Source: Promethearchaeum syntrophicum
GTDB lineage: Archaea; Asgardarchaeota; Lokiarchaeia; Sigyniarchaeales; Promethearchaeaceae
Direction: 5' to 3'
NCBI RefSeq assembly: GCF_008000775.2
Contig: NZ_CP042905.2
Location: forward strand, 3,000,001 to 3,032,000
DNA length: 32,000 nt
A program made the position numbers and the translations under genes. Below the pieces are notes generated by a model. That model was not told where the DNA came from and did no database searches. It saw nothing but the letters and a program-made list of their open reading frames with translations. This document shows, piece by piece, positions 18,831 through 28,622 of this stretch (positions are counted from its first letter, which is position 1; each line of letters opens with the position of its first letter).

Positions 18831-20159
18831 ATGGGAGAAAAAGAAGGGGTTAACCTAACCTCTAATCAGCAAACGTTTAAACATTATATCTTGTTTTGGA
18901 TCGGCCAGTTATTTTCACTTTTTGGATCATCAGTTGTGACTTTTGTTTTGGTCTATTGGATCACAATAGAATATCAAAGCGCAATCATTTTATCATTAGC
19001 AGTTTTTTTTGCTCTAATCCCACAAATTAGTGTTACCCTTTTTGCAGGAGTTTTTATTGATCGCTTAGATCGAAAAAAAATAATTATTTTCGCAGACTTA
19101 TTCCAAGCAATTACAACCCTAATTCTGATCATCATTTTTTATTTTAATTTGGCATCAATTTGGGTCGTAATTTCTTTAATGATCCTTCGAAGTTTTTTTC
19201 AAGCCATCCATCAACCCGCTGTCGCGGCAATTATTCCCGTAATGATCCCAAAAGAAAAACTATCCAGAATGAACGCAATAAACTTGTTAATCTCAAGTGC
19301 AGTTAATACTATCGCTCCGATAATTACAGGTATACTAATTCTATTTTGGGATTTCCAAACGCTACTTTGGATCGATATTGGAACTTTCCTTCTTGCAATA
19401 ATACCCGCAATTTTAATAACGATTCCTTCAGTAAGAAAAGAACAAAAAACAAAGACCAATGAAAAAATCTCTTTTAAAAAAGAATTAAAAGAAGGATACC
19501 ATGCAATAATGCATATTAAAGGAATGTTGGCATTTTTTGCATTAGCTGTAATTCTTAATTTTCTAGGAAGCCCAAGTCATGTTCTTCGTTCGTACTTTAT
19601 ATTGATATTCCATGAAGGAAATATACAAATGTTATCATATATATCAGCCGCAATGCAGATCGGAATGTTATGTGGCAGTTTGCTTATTTTATTGAGAAAA
19701 CAATGGAAAAGAAAAAGTGCGATGATAATAATTGCTTATTTTATTTCATGTATTGGTTATTTATTATCTTCTTGGGCACCTATTGGTAATTTTCTTTTAA
19801 TCATGGTTGGGTTATTTCTGTTTGCATTTGGAATCCCAATAGTAAACAGTCTTTATTTAACAATTCTTCAGGAAACTATCCCACTTGATATGCAAGGGCG
19901 AGTTAATTCTGTTGATTTTGCACTCTCTTTATCGATCATGCCCATTGCTAGCCTTATTTCAGGTCCTATCGTAGAATGGATAGGAATCAGATATTTCTAT
20001 GTGATCTTATCTACATTATCTCTCATTATTTTAACAATTACCGTGATTTTTACTGATCTTCGATATATGGACAAGGGAATTGTTAATAAAGAAAATTTAT
20101 ATAATTTAAAAGAAGTAAAAGAAGACTCGATTATAAACCTGACTGACAACCACATTTAA
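18831..20159 (+). CDS. MFS-family transporter (MFS_3/enterobactin exporter-like)
   Basis: ~12 hydrophobic helices; FAGVFIDRLDRKKIIIFADLFQA loop 2-3 motif and IHQPAVAAIIPVMIPKEKLSRMNAINLL. Confidence 0.88.
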   Translation: MGEKEGVNLTSNQQTFKHYILFWIGQLFSLFGSSVVTFVLVYWITIEYQSAIILSLAVFFALIPQISVTLFAGVFIDRLDRKKIIIFADLFQAITTLILIIIFYFNLASIWVVISLMILRSFFQAIHQPAVAAIIPVMIPKEKLSRMNAINLLISSAVNTIAPIITGILILFWDFQTLLWIDIGTFLLAIIPAILITIPSVRKEQKTKTNEKISFKKELKEGYHAIMHIKGMLAFFALAVILNFLGSPSHVLRSYFILIFHEGNIQMLSYISAAMQIGMLCGSLLILLRKQWKRKSAMIIIAYFISCIGYLLSSWAPIGNFLLIMVGLFLFAFGIPIVNSLYLTILQETIPLDMQGRVNSVDFALSLSIMPIASLISGPIVEWIGIRYFYVILSTLSLIILTITVIFTDLRYMDKGIVNKENLYNLKEVKEDSIINLTDNHI

Positions 20160-20477
20160 TGTTCAATAATAACAAGAAAAATAATTTAAGTCAGTTTGAC
20201 GACTTGATTATTACCCCAAAACTCCCATATTTTAAAATTTATGGGTGCTATGAATGCTCTCCTAAAGAAATTTTGATAAAAAAGAGATTGAAAGTTGTGC
20301 ATCCAAGTTTGATCAATAAAGGTTGAAATTAAGAAAATTGATATAACTAAGTGTTTCTTCAAAAGAAATTGAATCTATGAATATATTTAAAAAACCGAAT
20401 AAAAGTTCTACTAAAAATGTCTTTTTTGAAAATATCATGAAAAGATTTTTAGGTTTAAACGCTAATACTAAATTTCA

Positions 20478-22334
20478 ATGGCGTTTGATTCAGAAAATGG
20501 CCTTCCTTTTCTTGCTACTGCATTGTTGACTAGCGTTGGGTTGTTGATGCTTATAGTTTCGCTTTTAAAAGGAAACAAAAGAATTAAACGTTGGATAATA
20601 CCTGTAATCATTCACAATATTTCTCTCTATGTGCAATTCGTAGATAATTCATTTTTTGAAGATAAGTATACCGTTATTCACCTTATCATATCTGGGATAG
20701 GTTTAATATCCTTAATCATAATAGCGATTATAGAATATAACGAGGAATTTCCTCTAAATCACGCGATTGAACGAAAAAGAATTCTGCAATATATTTTTTA
20801 TTCACTTACTTCAATTCTCGTATATATTCTTCTTTTACACCTAATCTTTAATACATCAGAAAAACTCTATACATTTTTTTATTATATCCTTGCTATTGGA
20901 ATTTTATTCTCAATTTTTTTGCTTTTAAGAATTTATAAAAAAAAAAAAAGAACACCAACTCATATGAGCATAGTTATTATCCTTGTGATAATAGAAGTAG
21001 ATCTAATTTTATATATAATTACAGATTTTACGACGACCGATTTATATCCATTTCTTCGTGTTTTTGATGCCGGAATAGGAATTGGGATGTTATTTTTTGC
21101 TTTTATCGCATCGGTCGAAAATCAATTATTAGAGATCTATGAAAAAGAAAGGTTGCAAAATAAATTATTAAGGCGAACTCAAGATAAAATCATTTCCCAA
21201 ACTCAATTAAGTTCTATTCAGATTATTTCAGGAGGGTTTGCTCATGATTTTAATAATATTCTCACTTCAATCATTGGAAATATAAGTTTAATTGAAGATT
21301 ACCCAATATTTCAAGGAGAAGGAAAGGAATTCATCATTGATCTTAAATCAGCATCATCTCAAGCAAAAAATATGGTAAATCAGCTTTTGGTATTTTCTAA
21401 GGGAGAGGAATTTTTAAATAAGGAAATCATCACCTTTAAAGAAATATTGAAAATTACCACTGATTTTACATTACGAGGGAGAAAATCAAAACCTATATAT
21501 GATATTGATAAAAATTTATGGGCTATATATGGAGATCCAATCCGAATAAGTCAAATCATTCAGAATTTGGTGATTAATGCTGATCAATCCATGCCAGAAG
21601 GAGGTATAATTGAGCTGAATGCACAAAATGTGGAAATCGAGGATAATAATCAGTTCAATTTACAACCTGGAAAATATCTTCTATTTCAGATAAAAGATTC
21701 TGGTGTCGGAATTCCTTCCAATATTCAAGAAAAAATCTTTACTCCATTTTTTACTACCAAACCAGAAGGACAGGGATTTGGATTAAGCATATGTAAGAAA
21801 ATTGTAGAAGATCATCAAGGTTATATAAATTTCAAGACAACAGTTGACAAAGGTTCGATTTTTTATTTTTATACGCCTGCAAAAATGAATAGTACAATAT
21901 TAAATGTGAAACATGAACAACTAAAAGATAAGTTTTCAGGTTTTGGGTTAATTTTAGACGATAATATCTTGGTTTTACGTGTTATTGAAAGCATGCTTAA
22001 GAATTTGGGAATCAAAGCAATTACATCTTCTGAAAGTACAACATTTCTTTCAACATATGAAGATCTGCTTAAGAAAAAGATAAACGTTGATATTCTAATT
22101 GTAGATCTAACTTTACCAGGTGATATCGGAGGAAAGCAATTAATTAATGATATTCGAAGATTCAATCCAGAAGCTTACGTGGTTGTTTCAAGCGGATATT
22201 CTAATGATTTTGTATTACAAAATTATCAAGATTACGGATTTAATGATTTACTTAGGAAACCTTATGATAAGAATGAATTAATAAAGGTATTAGAGAAAGC
22301 TTTCAAAAATAAAAACCCTAACCCAAATATTTAA
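20478..22334 (+). CDS. Membrane-bound hybrid histidine kinase with C-terminal receiver domain
   Basis: Seven-TM-like N-terminus; ISGGFAHDFNNILTSIIGN (His box); NLVINADQSMPEGG, DSGVGIPSNIQEKIFTPFFTTKPEGQGFGLSICKKI (HATPase); receiver with DILIVDLTLPG and LLRKPYD. Confidence 0.9.
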   Translation: MAFDSENGLPFLATALLTSVGLLMLIVSLLKGNKRIKRWIIPVIIHNISLYVQFVDNSFFEDKYTVIHLIISGIGLISLIIIAIIEYNEEFPLNHAIERKRILQYIFYSLTSILVYILLLHLIFNTSEKLYTFFYYILAIGILFSIFLLLRIYKKKKRTPTHMSIVIILVIIEVDLILYIITDFTTTDLYPFLRVFDAGIGIGMLFFAFIASVENQLLEIYEKERLQNKLLRRTQDKIISQTQLSSIQIISGGFAHDFNNILTSIIGNISLIEDYPIFQGEGKEFIIDLKSASSQAKNMVNQLLVFSKGEEFLNKEIITFKEILKITTDFTLRGRKSKPIYDIDKNLWAIYGDPIRISQIIQNLVINADQSMPEGGIIELNAQNVEIEDNNQFNLQPGKYLLFQIKDSGVGIPSNIQEKIFTPFFTTKPEGQGFGLSICKKIVEDHQGYINFKTTVDKGSIFYFYTPAKMNSTILNVKHEQLKDKFSGFGLILDDNILVLRVIESMLKNLGIKAITSSESTTFLSTYEDLLKKKINVDILIVDLTLPGDIGGKQLINDIRRFNPEAYVVVSSGYSNDFVLQNYQDYGFNDLLRKPYDKNELIKVLEKAFKNKNPNPNI

Positions 22335-22568
22335 CCACGCCAGTTAGAGATAATTCAAATAATCTGATGGAAATACTCGTATTTATTTTTCTTTTTACCA
22401 TATGTTTCATATGATTCTATCAAATCAGATAGGTCACAATGGATCATACGGACAATGCATATGTAATAATTCGACCAATTATTACTCAGGATGAAATTTT
22501 TGTAAGAAAAGATTATTATTCATATTTACCTAAGAAAATTCATCCTTTAGTGAAAAGGTGTAAAAATT

Positions 22569-23351
22569 ATGATATTGCAATTAGGAATTGGTGGTTGGAT
22601 AGGCATAGTAGCGGGAGTTATTATATTTGCTTGCTGCGTTATTGCCTCAGGGCTTAAAATTGCCCTTGAATATGAACGACTTGTAATCTTCCGACTCGGG
22701 AGATATGCTAGAACAATCGGTCCGGGTATAGTTTTTATATTTCCAATACTAGAATCTGCTAAAAAGGTAGATCTACGGATTATTACGCAAGATATACCCC
22801 GACAAGAAGTTATGACTAAAGATAACATCCCAGTATTGGCAAATACTGTCGTTTATTTTAAAGTTGAGAACCCTGAAGATGCTGTAATTAAAATCGAGAA
22901 TTATGTCTACGCTGTGCGCCAGTATACCCAAGCCGCGTTACGTGACACTTTCGGAACAATGGAATTGGATGAAGTTCTCGGTGAACGTGATAAAATTGCA
23001 CAAGATATTCGCAAAATCGTTGATGCAGAGACATCAGATTGGGGAATTGACATCAAAGGGATAAAGATTCAAGAAATGGAACTACCGGCTGAGATGAAAC
23101 GTGCATTTGCAAAACAAGCAGAAGCAGAACGTGATAAGCGTGCAGCGATTATCAAAGCTGAAGGTGAATACTTAGCCGCGAAACGATTAACTGAAGCAGC
23201 AGCCCTAATGTCCGCAGAACCAGCAGCAATTCAACTTCGAACATTACAAACCATTCGTGATATTAGTAAAGATCCATCTGAGAAAGTTGTTATCTTTATG
23301 CCAAGTGGTTTGAGTAAGGTCGATGATTTAATTAAAACGATAAAACCTTAA
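22569..23351 (+). CDS. Slipin / stomatin-like SPFH-domain membrane protein
   Basis: N-terminal TM helix then EYERLVIFRLGRYARTIGPGIVFIFPILESAKKVDLR..., and AAEKLTEAAALMSAEPAAIQLRTLQT-like C-terminus. Confidence 0.92.
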   Translation: MILQLGIGGWIGIVAGVIIFACCVIASGLKIALEYERLVIFRLGRYARTIGPGIVFIFPILESAKKVDLRIITQDIPRQEVMTKDNIPVLANTVVYFKVENPEDAVIKIENYVYAVRQYTQAALRDTFGTMELDEVLGERDKIAQDIRKIVDAETSDWGIDIKGIKIQEMELPAEMKRAFAKQAEAERDKRAAIIKAEGEYLAAKRLTEAAALMSAEPAAIQLRTLQTIRDISKDPSEKVVIFMPSGLSKVDDLIKTIKP

Positions 23352-23367
23352 GGACGGGGATAAGCTA

Positions 23368-24039
23368 TTGAGTTTGAAATCCGGACTGCGTTATACGCAA
23401 ATAGCTTTTAATGGTTCTATACGACAAGTGAGAAGAATATTACCTCAAATACGCTATGACCCTCGAATTATCATAGAAGCCGGTACGCCTTTCGTAAAGC
23501 GCGAAGGAATGGCTGGAGTTCGTTTTATAAGGAGAATGTGGCGAGGGATTGTGGTAGCAGATTTAAAGATCACTGATGGTGCTCGAGAAGAGGTAATGTT
23601 TGCGGCAAATGCTGGAGCAACAGCTGTTACAGTCATGGGATCATCTCCAATCGAAACATTAGACATATTCTGTGATACATGTGCTAGGTTAAATATATAT
23701 TCGCAAATAGATATGCTTGGAGTTGAAAATCCATTAAGAACTATAATGAAAATGAGGATTCCACCTGATTTTGTTGTAATCCATAAAGGTCGTGATGAGG
23801 AATCCAATACCCGAAACATAATTCGATATAAAGATATTGGGAAGGTTCGGTCGAAATTTGAAACGAAAATCAGTGTAGCAGGAGGATTGACGCTTGATGG
23901 TGTTCGCAGCGCTTTTTTCAATGGTGCAGATGTGGCAATTTTGAACATTGTCAGTGCTTCGGATCCAAATGAGGGATTATTGGAGTCTTCAAACTTTAGG
24001 CAACTGATTCCTATGATATTGAGTGAAGTCGGAAGTTAA
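23368..24039 (+). CDS. Hexulose-6-phosphate synthase / orotidine-5'-phosphate decarboxylase superfamily protein
   Basis: IIIEAGTPFVKREGMAGVRFIRR, VVADLKITDGAREE (DxKxxD superfamily motif), GATAVTVMGSSPIETLD, ISVAGGLTLDGV. Confidence 0.75.
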   Translation: MSLKSGLRYTQIAFNGSIRQVRRILPQIRYDPRIIIEAGTPFVKREGMAGVRFIRRMWRGIVVADLKITDGAREEVMFAANAGATAVTVMGSSPIETLDIFCDTCARLNIYSQIDMLGVENPLRTIMKMRIPPDFVVIHKGRDEESNTRNIIRYKDIGKVRSKFETKISVAGGLTLDGVRSAFFNGADVAILNIVSASDPNEGLLESSNFRQLIPMILSEVGS

Positions 24040-24062
24040 TTTTGTAAAAAGTAACAATAATA

Positions 24063-24083
24063 TGCCTTTTTTTTTTTTATTAA
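24063..24083 (+). terminator. Candidate poly-T transcription terminator between convergent genes
   Basis: Run of about 15 T residues (TGCCTTTTTTTTTTTTTTATTA) just after the HPS-like stop and before the convergent kinase gene. Confidence 0.45.
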
Positions 24084-24110
24084 ATTTTTTTCAATCAAAA
24101 AATATTCCAA

Positions 24111-25874
24111 TTAGTTACATTGATTAGGATTTAGTGCCATTGATAAAGTACTGGCTAAATCTATAATGGTATAAGGTTTATGCAAAAAGAAAACCATGAT
24201 TTCATAATCATTTCTTTCTTTAATTTCAGGTATCTCATATCCACTAGAAAGTATAATTTTAACATTAGGATTAATTTTTTGTAAAATAGTTGTGCATTCT
24301 TGACCTCCTATTCCACCAGGAATAGTGCAATCTAAAATTAATAGATCATAGGGTTTACCAATTTTATAAGATTTTTCGTATTTATCACAAGCTTCTGAAC
24401 CAGTTTTCGACATATCAACGGTAAAACTAATTTTTTTTAGCATTTGCTCCAGAGTTCTTAAAATTGCAACATCGTCGTCCATTATCAGAATTCTTTTTCC
24501 TGAAAAATTTGGTATTTTTTTATCAGGTACGATCTCGTTTTTCGAAGTTCCTGGAATTGCTGGTAATATAACCATAAATTTTGTTCCTTGACCGACCTGT
24601 GATTTTACTTCGATATACCCCAAATGATTTAAGACAATCATCTTGGATATATACAAACCTAACCCAGTCCCCTCTTTTTTGGTTGTGAAAAATGCTTCAA
24701 ATACGGATTTTAACTTATTTTCAGATATCCCAACTCCCGTATCTTGAAAAATAATTTTTAAATAATCTCCTGGTTGTAAATTAAATTCATTACCTCTTGA
24801 ACATGTACTATTTTCCAGATAGATATCTAAATGACCCCCTTCTTGCATTGCTTGAATTGCATTAATCACTAGATTTTGGATAACTTGAGAAATTTGACTT
24901 TTATCCCCTTTAATCCCATATAAATTCTCTTGAATGTGAATTTTTGGTTTAATGTTACTCCCTCGTGAAGAAAATCTAACCACGTCTTTTATTAATTCTT
25001 CGAAGTTCTGAATATTTTCAATTTTAGGCTGGTGACTCTTTGAAAAATTTTGTAGTTGAGTAGTTAAGAGCTTTGCACGGATGGAGGCTTTTTCGGCTTC
25101 TTCAATTAATAATTTTGTATCTGCGGGAATTTCAAAATCATTAATGAAATCAGTATTAAGTAAACTTAAAACTCCCAATATGCTAGTAAGAAGATTATTG
25201 AAGTCATGAGCAATTCCTCCAGCCAATGTTTGTAAAGAAATGAGTTTTTCTTGGTCGATTAATTTCTTTTGTGTTTGTTTTAAAATTTCAAATTGTTCTT
25301 GTTGTTTTTTTATAAGTGCATTGATGATATAATGCAAGATCATTGAAATTATAAAGGCTACTAAAATATTCGGTATTAAATCTGTTAAAGTATTTGCATA
25401 ATATACACCTGAATCAGGATCAATCGGTTGCCCCCAAGTAAATTTTTCGGTGATGATCCCAATGGTAATTCCAATTATATCGATTAAAAATAGGAGGATT
25501 GAGAAAAGGGGGGTTTTTGTAAGGATTCCTGATATTATTAGAATCAATGAAAGAAATGTGAACATATATGCGGAAAATATCTCCAATCCTCTAAAAATAA
25601 ACATAAAATTCAAACCTAAAATTAAAATATATGAACTGAGATTATATTTACCCAATTTTAATAAAATGAACGAAATTAATGCTATGAGAAAAACAATTAG
25701 GGAAAAAAAACTAAATGTTTCTTCGTTAAGATAAATAATAATCGTGATAAGAAAGGTTGCAACTATTAGAATAGTTAGAAAACTTTTAATTATTAATTCT
25801 CTTACCCATTCTATAGTAATTTTCTCTTCCTCATTAAATTTCCATGTTTTTAGTTTAGGGAATAATCTCTTCAT
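24111..25874 (-). CDS. Membrane-bound hybrid histidine kinase with C-terminal receiver domain
   Basis: Multi-TM N-terminus; LAGGIAHDFNNLLTSILG; NLVINAIQAMQEGG; DTGVGISENKLKSVFEAFFTTKKEGTGLGLYISK; receiver with LLILDCTIPGGIGG and FLHKPYT. Confidence 0.9.
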   Translation of the reverse strand: MKRLFPKLKTWKFNEEEKITIEWVRELIIKSFLTILIVATFLITIIIYLNEETFSFFSLIVFLIALISFILLKLGKYNLSSYILILGLNFMFIFRGLEIFSAYMFTFLSLILIISGILTKTPLFSILLFLIDIIGITIGIITEKFTWGQPIDPDSGVYYANTLTDLIPNILVAFIISMILHYIINALIKKQQEQFEILKQTQKKLIDQEKLISLQTLAGGIAHDFNNLLTSILGVLSLLNTDFINDFEIPADTKLLIEEAEKASIRAKLLTTQLQNFSKSHQPKIENIQNFEELIKDVVRFSSRGSNIKPKIHIQENLYGIKGDKSQISQVIQNLVINAIQAMQEGGHLDIYLENSTCSRGNEFNLQPGDYLKIIFQDTGVGISENKLKSVFEAFFTTKKEGTGLGLYISKMIVLNHLGYIEVKSQVGQGTKFMVILPAIPGTSKNEIVPDKKIPNFSGKRILIMDDDVAILRTLEQMLKKISFTVDMSKTGSEACDKYEKSYKIGKPYDLLILDCTIPGGIGGQECTTILQKINPNVKIILSSGYEIPEIKERNDYEIMVFFLHKPYTIIDLASTLSMALNPNQCN

Positions 25875-25977
25875 AATGAATCAAGATTTAGGGTTTTATT
25901 TCTACAATTGAATGTCAGTGTTATATTTTTTTTCTTGCCTTAATGGTTTTGTCGGATTGTAATGAAAATGAGAATTA

Positions 25978-26523
25978 TCACTTTTCGTTTTTTTTCCCCA
26001 ATTGCATAGAAAAATGATTCCATCTTAAGTAGATATACGAAACTATGAGCAGATGAACAACCCAACATCCCAAAATTCCAAAATAGAAGACAATTTTACC
26101 AAGAATAAGACCGAGAAAAAAGCTAAAAATTATAAAAATCAATCCCAGAGCATTGTTTTTACTCAGGATAAGAATATGGATATGGTAAATCCCAAAAATT
26201 CCAGCAGAAATAAGAATTGTAAAAAATGGAGTAAAATAACTTAATAAAAAATTAAAAATAATCCCGCGGAACAGAAGTTCTTCAAAAAGGAGGGTTATGG
26301 GAAATAAAAAATATAACGAGTATTTATGGTTTCCTTTAAGCGCGGTAATGAAAGATACAGAGGAGATATCGATTCTACCTTTTGAAATAAAAATGTGAGT
26401 AAAAACTTCAGCAATGATAAGAAGAACTAAAATTCCCCCCACTAAAATCGAACTTTCGATATAGAAATCCAAACCATCACTAACTAGTGGATAATTCTCC
26501 AATCCAACCCAAAAAGGTCGCAA
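25978..26523 (-). CDS. CPBP/Abi family intramembrane metalloprotease
   Basis: EELLFRGIIFNFLLSY (EExxxR) and SAGIFGIYHIHIL, HLLIVSYIYLR in a multi-TM protein. Confidence 0.8.
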   Translation of the reverse strand: MRPFWVGLENYPLVSDGLDFYIESSILVGGILVLLIIAEVFTHIFISKGRIDISSVSFITALKGNHKYSLYFLFPITLLFEELLFRGIIFNFLLSYFTPFFTILISAGIFGIYHIHILILSKNNALGLIFIIFSFFLGLILGKIVFYFGILGCWVVHLLIVSYIYLRWNHFSMQLGKKNEK

Positions 26524-26672
26524 TGGATCAAAAATAAAAAAAAAAATGATTAGAACGATGGCTAAAAATGGAATTGTTAAACCTTTAAATCTGTCAATTC
26601 GTGATTTTGATGATGGAATTGATGGAGATTTTAAAGGACGCTCTGAGTTTATTTTGATTCACCTGATTTATC

Positions 26673-27431
26673 TTAAATTTCTCGAATTTTTATTTTCTTT
26701 TTTAATGACTCAGAAAATGAATAATTCAGTAGTTTTTGATTTCTTAAAATAAATTTACTCCCAATTCCTTTAAATCCTTCTATAATTCCAGTTATATTCT
26801 TAGGTTTTCCATTTTTTGAATAATTTACTTTAGCTTCCGAAATAGCATGCAGTGCAAAGAAAGGATTTCCTAAAACATCCAAAAATCGTTGAGCTTTTTT
26901 ATCCCCAACATCTACTAATCCCTCAAGGAAATATTTTTGATCCTCGGCCGAAATCTCTTCTTTTAAGGATTCTTGATCAATATTGGGAATGATTTCGGGT
27001 AAAAATCCGTTAGATTGCTCTAATTTTGCAATTTCAACTATTATTTTAGCAGTTTCAAGAGCATTTTTTGTAGGGATAACTGGAATATTCATTTTATACG
27101 TTGCATATATTAAAGCCCCATAAATTGAACTTTCCTTAACAAATTTTCTGGAAAAAGTTTTTTCTAGAGATTCAATAATTAATATTGGGAATTGAAAAAC
27201 ATTCTTTAATTTGGATAGCTGTTGGAAAAACCGAGTATCAAAAATTGAAGAAACTAAGTCATCCCCCCTCTTTCGTTCAATTGCACAACGCGAAGATAAA
27301 ATGTAATCACCGAAATCAAGAGTTTCAATACGAATATCACATTCTAAATCATCAAAAGCTCTTCTAATTTCTCCTCGTTCCCGTTCATCAATAATAATTT
27401 TTGGGGGCGAATCAGAGATTTTATTGTTCAT
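26673..27431 (-). CDS. XPF/ERCC4-type nuclease with C-terminal helix-hairpin-helix domain
   Basis: IIIDERERGEI, FGDYILSSRCAIERKRGDDL (GDX(n)ERKX3D nuclease signature); C-terminal FLEGLVDVGDKKAQRFLDVLG...IEGFKGIGSKFILRNQKLL (HhH). Confidence 0.88.
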   Translation of the reverse strand: MNNKISDSPPKIIIDERERGEIRRAFDDLECDIRIETLDFGDYILSSRCAIERKRGDDLVSSIFDTRFFQQLSKLKNVFQFPILIIESLEKTFSRKFVKESSIYGALIYATYKMNIPVIPTKNALETAKIIVEIAKLEQSNGFLPEIIPNIDQESLKEEISAEDQKYFLEGLVDVGDKKAQRFLDVLGNPFFALHAISEAKVNYSKNGKPKNITGIIEGFKGIGSKFILRNQKLLNYSFSESLKKKIKIREI

Positions 27432-27480
27432 TAAAAAATTGCACCCTAAACATTTATTTGCTGTATAATTAAAATCATTT

Positions 27481-28167
27481 TTGAAGATGAGTGATAGTCT
27501 AATGTTGAGTAAATTACATGTTATTATAGACGGAGATTCATATGAAAACTTCCAAAAATTGATAGATGAACTAGAAAAACTCGATTTTTATGTAGAACGG
27601 AAAGGTATTGGGAAAAAAATTGTCCAAATCCCCCCTAATGGGGGAGTACTAATCTTAAAATCAAAAGACTTGGAAGGAAAATCTTCAATGTCGAATATCC
27701 AAAAAAAAATGCAGGATTTCTTTAAACTAATACCGAATGGGGTAATTATTTATGAGAATTTCAACCAATTAGGTGGAATAAAGAGAGATCTAATTCAAAA
27801 AATATTGTTTAATCAAATTTTTAACACAGAATCGACATTTAACGGAATTGTCCCAACGAGAAAACCATCAGAAACCGCATTATGCATTAAAAGTATAGCA
27901 AAAAGGGAGCAAATTGAAGATAATCCTCCAATTTTAAGTAGAACAAAAAGAAAGTCAAAGTATCTTTCAGATTATCAAGTTTTTTTTATTGAAGGCTTAC
28001 TTCAATGTGGACCTAAAAAAGCCAAAGCCCTTCTGAAGGTTTTTAATACCCCTCAAGAAATAATTAATACTATTCTTTATGATCCAGATAAAATTTCACG
28101 AATAAAGGGATTTGGTAAAAAATTTATAGAAACTAATCAAAAACTTCTTCAAGGTAATCTAAAATAG
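27481..28167 (+). CDS. XPF/ERCC1-like paralogue with degenerate nuclease motif and HhH domain
   Basis: VIIDGDSYENF aligns with IIIDERERGEI; the ERKX3D motif is replaced by VLILKSKDLEG; FIEGLLQCGPKKAKALLKVFNTPQ...ISRIKGFGKKFIETNQKLL is closely similar to the HhH region of the divergent neighbour. Confidence 0.75.
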   Translation: MKMSDSLMLSKLHVIIDGDSYENFQKLIDELEKLDFYVERKGIGKKIVQIPPNGGVLILKSKDLEGKSSMSNIQKKMQDFFKLIPNGVIIYENFNQLGGIKRDLIQKILFNQIFNTESTFNGIVPTRKPSETALCIKSIAKREQIEDNPPILSRTKRKSKYLSDYQVFFIEGLLQCGPKKAKALLKVFNTPQEIINTILYDPDKISRIKGFGKKFIETNQKLLQGNLK

Positions 28168-28202
28168 CAACTTTTTTTTAGTTTAAACACAAATCGATCT
28201 AT

Positions 28203-28574
28203 ATGCAAGATTCTTTTGATTCAAATTGTCATTTCAAGGTAGGATGTAAATTTTGGATTAAAGGATCAAATGATTTTACTATGGGTCCAGGCGATGTTAA
28301 GTTAATTAAAAAACTAATAGAATTTAAAAATCTGACAAAAGCAGCCAATGTTTGTAACTATTCCTACAAATATGCTTGGAAAAAGATTAAAAATATTTCA
28401 GAAAAAACCGGTAAAGCAATCGTTAAAAGCCACAGAGGAGGTAAAGGCGGTGGTGGCGAGGTTTCGGTGACTCCATGGGGAATCCATTTGGTATCATTAT
28501 TTGAAAGTGCTGAAATGCAACTAAATAAAGTGATCAGTAAAATTAATGCTGATTTTGTAAAAAAACAATCATAA
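28203..28574 (+). CDS. ModE/LysR-type N-terminal HTH protein
   Basis: GPGDVKLIKKLIEFKNLTKAANVCNYSYKYAWKKIKNISEKTGKAIVKSHRGGKGGGGEVSVTPWG matches the ModE HTH pattern, including the glycine-rich wing. Confidence 0.8.
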   Translation: MQDSFDSNCHFKVGCKFWIKGSNDFTMGPGDVKLIKKLIEFKNLTKAANVCNYSYKYAWKKIKNISEKTGKAIVKSHRGGKGGGGEVSVTPWGIHLVSLFESAEMQLNKVISKINADFVKKQS

Positions 28575-28622
28575 GAAAGAATTTTAACGAAAAAAATTAT
28601 AAAATATCTATAGGGGATTTTT

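Noticed and set aside
20378-20530. Upstream 51-aa ORF MNIFKKPNKSSTKNVFFENIMKRFLG... overlapping the first kinase start
   Set aside because: Could be a frameshifted N-terminus, but the kinase frame already has a plausible start at 20478 and full membrane region, so no frameshift is required.
21869-22165. Minus-strand ORFs 21869-22165, 23454-23948, 25450-25734 and 26053-26244
   Set aside because: Antisense shadows of clear kinase, HPS-like and CPBP protease genes.
22439-22657. 72-aa plus-strand ORF overlapping the slipin start
   Set aside because: Overlaps the N-terminal TM coding region of slipin out of frame; its tail (GSYYICLLRYCLRA) is an out-of-frame reading of that region.
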